This document shows, in pieces, positions 28,001-35,823 of a stretch of DNA of 64,000 nt (position 1 is its first letter; each line of letters starts with the position of its first letter). The notes under the pieces are model-generated. The model saw only the letters and a program-made list of their open reading frames with translations, was not told the DNA's origin and ran no database searches. The position numbers were made by a program, and so were the translations under genes. Origin of the DNA: an uncultured Clostridia bacterium (GTDB taxonomy: Bacteria > Bacillota > Clostridia > TANB77 > CAG-508). Where the stretch lies: assembly GCA_944388935.1 (NCBI GenBank), contig CALXKK010000002.1, positions 12,421 to 76,420 on the forward strand, written 5' to 3'.

Positions 28001-28402
28001 ATTATAAAAAGCAGTAATCATTTGTTTAAATCCACGATGGTCCATTTTGGTATCTACTTCGCTTCTTTTTTCGACATGATTTGCATATAAATCATCATAT
28101 ATAGGATTATCTATAAATTCTATTATCATTGCTAAAATATGTTTACAAGTACAATAATTTTGTGTATTATCCGGGCAGGAACATTTTAGCTCCTTAATTT
28201 CGCCCTCTTTTATTTTTGCATATACATTATATGTATCTTTGTCACCTTTAACATTTGCAGATAATTCGAAATTATTTTTGTTTTCATATTTTACATTAGT
28301 TATTGTTACTCTTTTATCTTTTACATACTCCAATGCTTTTTGATACCTTTCATCTCCAGCATTTTCGTATAGTTCACTTATTATTTCTTTATTTACTAAC
28401 AT
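25091..28402 (-). CDS. SNF2-family helicase with N-terminal SWIM zinc finger (YwqA-like)
   Basis: 1103 aa. SWIM is [20 protein letters not shown]. The SNF2_N domain has [11 protein letters not shown] and DEAQYIKN. The helicase-C domain has [21 protein letters not shown] ... [11 protein letters not shown]. Confidence 0.85.
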   Translation of the reverse strand: [1103 protein letters not shown]

Positions 28403-28503
28403 TTTATTGCACCTACCACGCTTATTTTCAGTATATTATTATATAATATTTTGCTTAATTTCTCAAGTGGCATATTAATCTTTTTTATATATTTTAAATT
28501 TCC

Positions 28504-28550
28504 TAAAAAAAGTAGCTCTAAATACCGGATTTCTCTAGTACTTAGAGCTA
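28504..28550 (-). terminator. Intrinsic terminator after topA (tagctctaa ... ttagagcta + T7 on minus strand)
   Basis: 9-bp stem with a 20-nt loop, followed by a T-run. Confidence 0.6.
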
Positions 28551-28559
28551 AAATAAAAT

Positions 28560-30539
28560 TTATTTGTTTTCTTTCTTTGGTTTTGTCCAAGATATATAAT
28601 CACATTTTTCTGGATTATTTTCGCATATATAAAATTTCTTTCTAGTTTTAGTTCTTCTTATTTGAACTTTGCCTCCACATTTTGGACATGGCTCATCTAT
28701 TGTTTCTATATATGGTTTTGTATTTTTGCATTCTGGATAACCAGGACATGCTAAGAACTTTCCATATCTACCATATTTTATAACCATCATTCTGCCACAT
28801 TTTTCGCATGGTATATCGGAAACTTCCTCATGCAATTCCACATGTTCCAAGTCTTTTTCAACTTTTTCCAATTCTTTTTCGAAAGGTCCATAGAATTCCG
28901 AAATCATTTCTTTCCAGTTTTCTTTTCCCTCTGCAATTTCATCAAATTCATTTTCTATTTTTGCTGTAAATTCTACATTAATTATATCTGGAAAATTTTC
29001 TATTAACAATTTATTTACAACCTTACCAAGTTCGGTTGGAACTAGTTGTTTACCATCTTTTTCTATATAGTTTCTTGTTATAATAGTTGTTATAGTTGGT
29101 GAATATGTACTTGGTCTACCAATTTCTTTTTCTTCTAAAGCTTTTACTAAACTTGCCTCTGTATATCTTGGTGGTGGTTCTGTAAAACTTTGCTTAGATT
29201 CTATTTTTTCCTTTTTTAGTTCTTGGTTAACCTCCAACATTGGTATTTGACCAATTTCAGCTTCTTTTTCATCCGTTCCTTCTACATATAAAATCATAAA
29301 TCCTTTAAATTTAACAGATTGACCATTTGCTTTAAAATTATATGTATTTGCATCAATCGTTACAGCTAAGGTGTCAAATATAGCTGATTTCATTTGACTT
29401 GCTAAAAATCTATTATAAATTAATCTATATAGTTTATACTGGTCATTAGTTAATGAATCTTTTATTTGCTCAGGTTCTATATCTATATAAGTCGGTCTAA
29501 TAGCCTCATGAGCATCTTGCGCATCTGCTTTTGTTTTGTAGTATCTATTTTCATAGTATTCACTACCATAAGTGCTTTCTACAACTTCTTTTGCGACCCT
29601 TCTTGCTTCTTCTGATATTCTTGTAGAGTCAGTTCTCATATATGTAATTAAACCAACTGTACCTTTTTCAGGAATTTTTACTCCTTCATAAAGTGTTTGT
29701 GCAACAGACATAGTCTTCCTTAAGCTGAAATTTAGTTTTCTAGAAGCTTCTTGTTGCATTGTACTTGTTGTAAAAGGTGGTGCAGGATTTCTCTTTCTTT
29801 CTCCTTTTTTCACATCTTTTACAATAAATTTTGCGCGCTTTATATGTTTTAATATTTCGTCAACCTCTTCTTTATTATGTATTTCTATCTTTTTATTGTC
29901 CTTACCAACTAGTTTTGCTTCAAAAGATTTTTGGCTTTTATTATCTATTAGTTTAGCAATTATATTCCAATACTCTTCTGGTACAAAGTTTTCAATCTCA
30001 TTTTCTCTGTCCACAATTAGCTTAACAGCAACAGATTGAACTCTTCCCGCAGATAGTCCTTTTCTTACTTTTTTCCATAAAAGTGGACTAATTTTATATC
30101 CTACAATTCTATCTAGCACACGTCTTGCCTGTTGAGCATTTACCAAGTTTATATCTATTTTTCTTGGCTCTTTCATTGCCTTTTGAACAGCTGTCTTAGT
30201 AATCTCATTAAAAGTTACCCTAGATTTACTATCTTCTGGAATATCCAATATATGTGCCAAATGCCAAGCTATAGCTTCTCCCTCACGATCAGGGTCAGTT
30301 GCAAGATATACTTGCTTTGCTGACTTAGCATCTTTTTTTAATGATTTTATTAAATCACCTTTTCCTCTTATGTTAATATATTCCGGTTCGAAGTTATTTT
30401 CTATGTTAACTCCCAATTTTGATTTAGGTAAATCTCTAATATGTCCCATTGATGCAACAACTTTTGTTCTTCCTCCAAGAAACTTTTTTATAGTGTTTGC
30501 TTTTGCTGGTGATTCTACTATTATTAATTTATCTGACAT
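28560..30539 (-). CDS. topA: DNA topoisomerase I
   Basis: 659 aa. Toprim (LIIVESPAKA) and the topo IA core are followed by C-terminal Zn ribbons (CEKCGRMMV...CPGYPEC, CPKCGGK). Confidence 0.95.
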   Translation of the reverse strand: MSDKLIIVESPAKANTIKKFLGGRTKVVASMGHIRDLPKSKLGVNIENNFEPEYINIRGKGDLIKSLKKDAKSAKQVYLATDPDREGEAIAWHLAHILDIPEDSKSRVTFNEITKTAVQKAMKEPRKIDINLVNAQQARRVLDRIVGYKISPLLWKKVRKGLSAGRVQSVAVKLIVDRENEIENFVPEEYWNIIAKLIDNKSQKSFEAKLVGKDNKKIEIHNKEEVDEILKHIKRAKFIVKDVKKGERKRNPAPPFTTSTMQQEASRKLNFSLRKTMSVAQTLYEGVKIPEKGTVGLITYMRTDSTRISEEARRVAKEVVESTYGSEYYENRYYKTKADAQDAHEAIRPTYIDIEPEQIKDSLTNDQYKLYRLIYNRFLASQMKSAIFDTLAVTIDANTYNFKANGQSVKFKGFMILYVEGTDEKEAEIGQIPMLEVNQELKKEKIESKQSFTEPPPRYTEASLVKALEEKEIGRPSTYSPTITTIITRNYIEKDGKQLVPTELGKVVNKLLIENFPDIINVEFTAKIENEFDEIAEGKENWKEMISEFYGPFEKELEKVEKDLEHVELHEEVSDIPCEKCGRMMVIKYGRYGKFLACPGYPECKNTKPYIETIDEPCPKCGGKVQIRRTKTRKKFYICENNPEKCDYISWTKPKKENK

Positions 30540-30627
30540 TTCATTCTCCTTTTTAGTTATAGATAATTTCTATAATCTTTATATCTATAGTATTTTAGTT
30601 CATATATTCGTTTTTTTCAAGTATTTT

Positions 30628-30930
30628 TTAACATTTAGCTAAATCTTGCACAACATCTTTTAATGCAACAGGCGTTACTTCATTTCTTTTTAAAAGATTT
30701 AATATAGAATTTTCAATCTCTTCATCATTAGTAAGTTTATCTACTGAAGCTTTCTCCACATTTACTTTCTCATTTATATATTCTGTTTTTACTACTTCTA
30801 CACCAAATATATCATTCTTACTCTTTAAATCTTTAATCTTATAATATTCCAATTTTATTGGATATAAAATTCCTTCTCTTCTTAATTCTTCTTTATTCAT
30901 AAACATTCCTCCAAAAAAAGTTTTCATTTG
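30628..30930 (-). CDS. Hypothetical protein (~91-100 aa)
   Basis: ORF with GGAGGA 5-6 nt upstream of ATG 30930 (MKTFFGGMFMNKEEL...); an alternative start lies at 30903. The ORF-track 116-aa version begins upstream of the RBS. Confidence 0.5.
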   Translation of the reverse strand, partial: QMKTFFGGMFMNKEELRREGILYPIKLEYYKIKDLKSKNDIFGVEVVKTEYINEKVNVEKASVDKLTNDEEIENSILNLLKRNEVTPVALKDVVQDLAKC

Positions 30931-31018
30931 ATTCCTCCTACATGTCTTTTTGTATTTACTAATATATACTCTTAACATTAGCTATGCAAGACAAATCGAA
31001 TGCCTATTTTCGAGGAAT

Positions 31019-31111
31019 TTCGACAATTATTTTTTATTTTATAAAAATAGATGTCGAAATCTTTTTTATTATATTTTATTATGTAATTTCCTCTTGGCAA
31101 CAAAAGTCGAA
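31019..31111. promoter_or_regulatory. Cluster of Spo0A-box-like motifs (TGTCGAA): perfect on minus strand at 31019-31025, perfect on plus strand at 31052-31058, imperfect AGTCGAA at 31105-31111
   Basis: Direct sequence match to the 0A-box consensus TGNCGAA. Located upstream of the 30628..30930 gene. Chance occurrence in an AT-rich genome cannot be excluded. Confidence 0.3.
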
Positions 31112-31146
31112 AAAAATCTCTTTGGGTAAAATTCCCAAAAAGATTT
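31105..31146 (-). terminator. Intrinsic terminator ending the murG-coupled operon
   Basis: aaaatctctttggg taaaatt cccaaaaagatttt: a 14-bp stem with one mismatch, followed by T7 on the minus strand. Confidence 0.65.
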
Positions 31147-31150
31147 TTTC

Positions 31151-31927
31151 TTAAGCTCCCATCATCGCATTAAAAGCTGAATTAATTTTACTTTTATTAT
31201 CTTCCATTTGTAACGCAAACTCAAATATTTGGTTATATAATATTCCAATAGATTTTTCTACTTCACCAGTTAATTGTACAATATGGTCCTCTGATGGTTT
31301 TAGAACATAATTTTCAAAATTTTTCTTTCTATTAAGTTTTTTTATTAAATTATTAAAAAACTCTAAGATCTTACTTTTCTTTTTTGTTGTGACATCCAAT
31401 TTTTCATTAATTTTTATTTTATCAGAAAAATCGCTTATTTGCTCTATACATTCTTCTAGCCTATCATTACATTCAGCTACAATTGTCTCATAATTTAGTT
31501 TCTTTTGAATAGAAGCATTAATTTTATTTGTATAATAATGTATTTTTTCTGAATCATTTTCTTCTATTGCTTTTTCTAGATTTTGTTTATTTATACTAAT
31601 ATTAGTTACAACAATAACTTCTGATTGTAAAGCTGCAGATAGTTCTCTTTGTATATTTACATATCTTGTACTACATACATCAAATAATTTATCCAATTGC
31701 TTTTTATATTGTTCTACTAAATTCTCTATTTCTGTTTTGTATCTTTCTAAAGAATTATAATAATTTGCTTGTACATATAGTCCATCTTTAAATTCTGTTA
31801 ATCTAATCTCTTTGCTATTTGACAATGAATTTTCAAATAAAATTGCCAAATTCATTTGCTTTTGGTTTTCTACATCTACAAGTTCCTTTAAATCTTCTTT
31901 AAAGTTGTCTTTTGTAATTGTTGTCAT
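31151..31927 (-). CDS. Hypothetical alpha-helical protein, 258 aa
   Basis: Long ORF whose start overlaps the stop of the upstream gene (ATGA). No recognisable family. Confidence 0.55.
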   Translation of the reverse strand: MTTITKDNFKEDLKELVDVENQKQMNLAILFENSLSNSKEIRLTEFKDGLYVQANYYNSLERYKTEIENLVEQYKKQLDKLFDVCSTRYVNIQRELSAALQSEVIVVTNISINKQNLEKAIEENDSEKIHYYTNKINASIQKKLNYETIVAECNDRLEECIEQISDFSDKIKINEKLDVTTKKKSKILEFFNNLIKKLNRKKNFENYVLKPSEDHIVQLTGEVEKSIGILYNQIFEFALQMEDNKSKINSAFNAMMGA

Positions 31928-32328
31928 TATCTTTCACCACCTTTATCAAATACTTTGTTTCCTACATTTCTAACTCCATTACCAACCATATCTAATGTTG
32001 GGTCAGCAACTGTTCTTTGCAAAGTATCTTTAGTTGCTTGAACTGAAGTTCTAACAGAATCCATTGGCGATTTTTGTTTATCTAGAATGCAATTATCAAT
32101 AACTAAATCTTTAAACAATTTTGCTGTAATTATAGCAGGTCCAAAAAGATACATTGTGCCAACTGTCATCCCTATACCTAATACTTTTTTTACCGGGCTA
32201 CTTTTAATTATACCCCCTGCTGCTCTCATAGTATTTCTGCCAATGAATTTTCCACCTTTTTCAAATCCCTTTAAAGAATATTTTCCTACTGTTTTTGCTC
32301 CTTTTATTGCAACACTTCCTACACTCAT
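31927..32328 (-). CDS. Hypothetical Gly/Lys-rich protein with one hydrophobic segment, 133 aa
   Basis: MSVGSVAIKGAKTVGKYSLKGFEKGGKFIGRNTMRAAGGIIK...VLGIGMTVGTMYLFGPAIITAKLF. GGAGG RBS. Its start overlaps the stop of the 54-aa ORF (TAATG). Confidence 0.55.
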   Translation of the reverse strand: MSVGSVAIKGAKTVGKYSLKGFEKGGKFIGRNTMRAAGGIIKSSPVKKVLGIGMTVGTMYLFGPAIITAKLFKDLVIDNCILDKQKSPMDSVRTSVQATKDTLQRTVADPTLDMVGNGVRNVGNKVFDKGGER

Positions 32329-32492
32329 TAAATCTTCCTCCTAATACAATCTAAATAGTTAGTTACATGTTCATCTATTCTGTCCTGTATTTCGGTTTCT
32401 TTAATAGTTAAATTGTTAAGTTCTTTTCTTATTAGATTTGTATCCACCGAATCAATTTCTTGCAATTTTCCATTTACAAAAACTCCATTCAT
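32328..32492 (-). CDS. Hypothetical small protein, 54 aa (MNGVFVNGKLQEIDSVDTNLIRKELNNLTIKETEIQDRIDEHVTNYLDCIRRKI)
   Basis: Manual translation. A strong RBS AAGGGAGGTG lies 8 nt upstream and overlaps the last codons of murG, implying coupling to murG. Confidence 0.45.
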   Translation of the reverse strand: MNGVFVNGKLQEIDSVDTNLIRKELNNLTIKETEIQDRIDEHVTNYLDCIRRKI

Positions 32493-32507
32493 TTGGCAGC
32501 ACCTCCC

Positions 32508-33629
32508 TTATCTTTTGTTAATTAATTTTTCTATTTCTTTGTATATTTTATCTTCTACATCTTTCATAACAATTTTTTTAGCGTTTTTACCCATTTGAAT
32601 TAATTTCTCTTTATCGCTGATTGTTTCTTCTATCATTTTGTTTAAAGATTCTCCGTTTATTTCATTATCATGTATTATTTTTGCAGCACCTACATTTACC
32701 AATACTTTCGCATTATATTCTTGATGATTTTCCGCTGCAAATGATAATGGAACAAATATAGCTGGTCTTCCAGAAATAGACACTTCTGTTATAGTCATTG
32801 CACCACTTCTACATACTATTAAGTTAGCTGCAGCCATTGCTTTTTGCATATCATAAATATATGGTACTACTTTTACATCTTCTATATTTTCTATATTTAT
32901 ATTCTTTTCTTTTAATTGCTCTTTTATTATATCATATTGGCTTTTACCAACTGACCATAAAATTTGATAATTTTTATTTAAGTTCTTTTCTATTATTTCT
33001 TCTAATGCAAGATTAATTGGTCTTGCTCCTTGGCTTCCACCAAATACCAATATTAAAGTTTTATCTGTCTTTAAACCATTTTCTTTTAAGAACTCATCCT
33101 TTTCTGTTTGAGAAAATTCTACATCTTTAAATTTTGTAGGAGTTCCTGTTAAAACTATATTTTTAGCATTGTGAATTTTAGCTCTAGCATCTTCAAATCC
33201 AATTAAAATTGTATCCACTCTTTTTGCTAATAATTTTACTGTTACACCTGGGAACGCATTACTTTCGTGAAGCATTGTAGGTATTTTTTTCTTTGATGCA
33301 GCAAGCAATACTGGTCCACAAATAAATCCCCCTGTACCTATTACAATATCTGGTTTTTCTTCTTTTAAAATCTTTTTAGCTTCTCCAAATCCCTTTAATG
33401 TTTTAAACATCTTTTTTATATTATCTAAAGAAATTCTTCTTTCTATTCCATAAGCTTCGATAGTTCTTAGCTTATATCCAGCTCTTGGTACTAAGTCATT
33501 TTCCAAACCTCTTTTAGTTCCAACAAAAACTATTTCTGCATCTTTATTTTCTTCCTTTATTTTATTTGCTATCGCAATTCCTGGATTTATATGCCCACCA
33601 GTTTGTGAAGCTGCAATTATTACTTTCAT
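32508..33629 (-). CDS. murG: UDP-N-acetylglucosamine--N-acetylmuramyl-(pentapeptide) pyrophosphoryl-undecaprenol N-acetylglucosamine transferase MurG
   Basis: 373 aa with the GT28 N- and C-domains (IAASQTGGHINPGIAIA ... GGSQGA). Confidence 0.9.
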   Translation of the reverse strand: MKVIIAASQTGGHINPGIAIANKIKEENKDAEIVFVGTKRGLENDLVPRAGYKLRTIEAYGIERRISLDNIKKMFKTLKGFGEAKKILKEEKPDIVIGTGGFICGPVLLAASKKKIPTMLHESNAFPGVTVKLLAKRVDTILIGFEDARAKIHNAKNIVLTGTPTKFKDVEFSQTEKDEFLKENGLKTDKTLILVFGGSQGARPINLALEEIIEKNLNKNYQILWSVGKSQYDIIKEQLKEKNINIENIEDVKVVPYIYDMQKAMAAANLIVCRSGAMTITEVSISGRPAIFVPLSFAAENHQEYNAKVLVNVGAAKIIHDNEINGESLNKMIEETISDKEKLIQMGKNAKKIVMKDVEDKIYKEIEKLINKR

Positions 33630-33657
33630 TTTTTATATCCTTTCTTTTTTACTATTT

Positions 33658-34815
33658 TTAAATCTTCGAACCTGCTCTAGATATATTTAGCAGTAATCCT
33701 ACTGAACATAATAATATTAATAATGATGTAACACCATAACTAAAGAATGGTAATGGCATTCCTGTTACTGGCATAGATGATGTTACAACCGCAATATTTA
33801 TTATTGCTTGTAATCCTATTAAAGATGTAATTCCAACTGCTACCAAACTTCCAAACATATCTGGCGCTTTCATAGCTGCTAATATACCTCTCCAAATAAA
33901 CACACCAAATAAAATTATAACTATTGCACAACCTACAAATCCCAATTCTTCTGCCAAAACTGCAAAAATGAAATCCGTATGTGGCTCAGATATGTATAAA
34001 TATTTTTGTTTACTATTACCTAGTCCAACGCCAAATAATCCACCAGAACCAATAGCATAAAGACTCTGAATTACTTGCCAACCATCACCTTGTTTATCTG
34101 CCCATGGATTTAAAAATGATGTTATTCTCGCAATTCTAAATGCACCCTTACTAGTAAATTTGGCCATTAAATACAATCCTGCTACTCCAAGTGCTGCCAC
34201 GCCACTACCTACAGTTGCAAAATATTTTGGTCTTACACCTGCCATAAGCATCATTATTCCAACAACTAAAACAATTATTATTGTTGCACTTAAATGGTCT
34301 TGTATAAGTATTAGAATTAGTACAACTGGTATTAAATATGCAAGAGGTTTTAAAAAGCCTTTTTTAAAATCCTTTAGCTCATCTTTATGGTCTGTTAAAT
34401 AACTTGCATAAAATATTATTAAACCTATTTTAGCCAACTCTGAAGGTTGGAATTGAACGCCTAAATTTATCCATCTTTTAGCACCACCTGCTGAAACACC
34501 AATTCCCGGAATTAGCACCATAAGTAATAAAACTATTGAACCAATATATGCAATTTTATAAAATTTCTTCCAATACCTATAATCAATCTTAGAAATAAAT
34601 AACATTGCTACAACACCAACTGCAGCAAATATAGCTTGTTTTCTAAAGTATGAATAACTATCATCACCTGTTTCTGCAAGGGATGTAGGTGAACTTGCTG
34701 AAAGTACCATTATTAATCCAAGAGATAATAATAAAATAACAGTTATTAATAAGATAAAATCCATTTGATTATTCGCAAATTTTGAAAATCTTCTTACTTT
34801 TTTATTTTTAGCCAT
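33658..34815 (-). CDS. ftsW: FtsW/RodA/SpoVE (SEDS) family peptidoglycan glycosyltransferase
   Basis: 385 aa with about 10 TM helices, placed between mraY and murG in a dcw context. Confidence 0.85.
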   Translation of the reverse strand: MAKNKKVRRFSKFANNQMDFILLITVILLLSLGLIMVLSASSPTSLAETGDDSYSYFRKQAIFAAVGVVAMLFISKIDYRYWKKFYKIAYIGSIVLLLMVLIPGIGVSAGGAKRWINLGVQFQPSELAKIGLIIFYASYLTDHKDELKDFKKGFLKPLAYLIPVVLILILIQDHLSATIIIVLVVGIMMLMAGVRPKYFATVGSGVAALGVAGLYLMAKFTSKGAFRIARITSFLNPWADKQGDGWQVIQSLYAIGSGGLFGVGLGNSKQKYLYISEPHTDFIFAVLAEELGFVGCAIVIILFGVFIWRGILAAMKAPDMFGSLVAVGITSLIGLQAIINIAVVTSSMPVTGMPLPFFSYGVTSLLILLCSVGLLLNISRAGSKI

Positions 34816-34828
34816 TCTTATCTCCTTT

Positions 34829-35809
34829 TTAGATAATATTTAATCCTATTACACAAAGAACTAATGTAATTAGACTAAACACTGTTACAATTTTGTTTTC
34901 ACTCCATCCAGATAATTCAAAATGATGATGAATTGGTGTCATTTTGAAAATTCTTTTTCCTGTTTTTTTATAATATGTAACTTGAATCATTACAGATAGT
35001 GTTTCTATTACTGGTATTAATGCTATTACTATTAATAGCAATGGCATTTTTAATACAAGTGCCATACCTGCAATTACACCACCTAGCATTAAAGATCCAG
35101 TATCCCCCATAAATATTTTTGCTGGATGCAAATTAAATATTAAAAATGCTAAGTTACATCCACAAACTATTGCTCCAAATATAATAATTTCTTTTACATC
35201 AAAGATAACCCCTATTACTGTTAAACAAGCAATTATAATTGTTGTAACACTTGTTGCTAAACCATCAATTCCATCTGTTAAATTAACTGCATTTGTTGTT
35301 GCAAGCATTACTAATATTGCAAATGGAATATATATCCAAACAGGTATATTAACATATGTTTTTATTATTGGAATATAAATATCTGTTCCTAAATTCAAGA
35401 CATTTAATAAATATAAAACAAAACATACTGCAATTATTAATAATCCTAACATTTTATATGAAGGTTTAAGACCTTCTGTGTTTTTTAAAACCATTTTCTT
35501 AAAATCATCTACAAAGCCAACTAATCCAAAACCTATTGTTGCAAACAATAACGGAATAATCCTCTTTACTATCTCTGCTTTACCATCCATATAATAAATT
35601 AGCATTACGCCTATACTTAAAATTATTATAGCTATTATAGATATAATTCCTCCCATTGTAGGAGTTCCTTTTTTTGCTAAATGTGATTTTGGTCCCTCTG
35701 TTCTTTCTTGTTGGCTAACTTTTAATCTTCTTAATATTGGTAAAATAATTATTCCCAGTATTAATGCTACACCAAAAGATACCAATAATATTTTTATTTG
35801 AAAATTCAT
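34829..35809 (-). CDS. mraY: Phospho-N-acetylmuramoyl-pentapeptide transferase MraY
   Basis: 326 aa. Canonical MraY motifs (NAVNLTDGIDGLA, HHHFE). Confidence 0.95.
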   Translation of the reverse strand: MNFQIKILLVSFGVALILGIIILPILRRLKVSQQERTEGPKSHLAKKGTPTMGGIISIIAIIILSIGVMLIYYMDGKAEIVKRIIPLLFATIGFGLVGFVDDFKKMVLKNTEGLKPSYKMLGLLIIAVCFVLYLLNVLNLGTDIYIPIIKTYVNIPVWIYIPFAILVMLATTNAVNLTDGIDGLATSVTTIIIACLTVIGVIFDVKEIIIFGAIVCGCNLAFLIFNLHPAKIFMGDTGSLMLGGVIAGMALVLKMPLLLIVIALIPVIETLSVMIQVTYYKKTGKRIFKMTPIHHHFELSGWSENKIVTVFSLITLVLCVIGLNII

Positions 35810-35823
35810 TTAATTTCTCACCC

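Noticed and set aside
28396-28590. 64-aa minus-strand ORF bridging the SNF2 start and the topA stop
   Set aside because: It overlaps the topA terminator hairpin and the SNF2 start in another frame, with no RBS.
30979-31150. Possible CRISPR or mobile-element repeats suggested by the recurring tcgaa/tcgaca strings
   Set aside because: There are no regularly spaced repeats of equal length and no spacer structure. The motif is better explained as 0A-box-like sites, possibly by chance.
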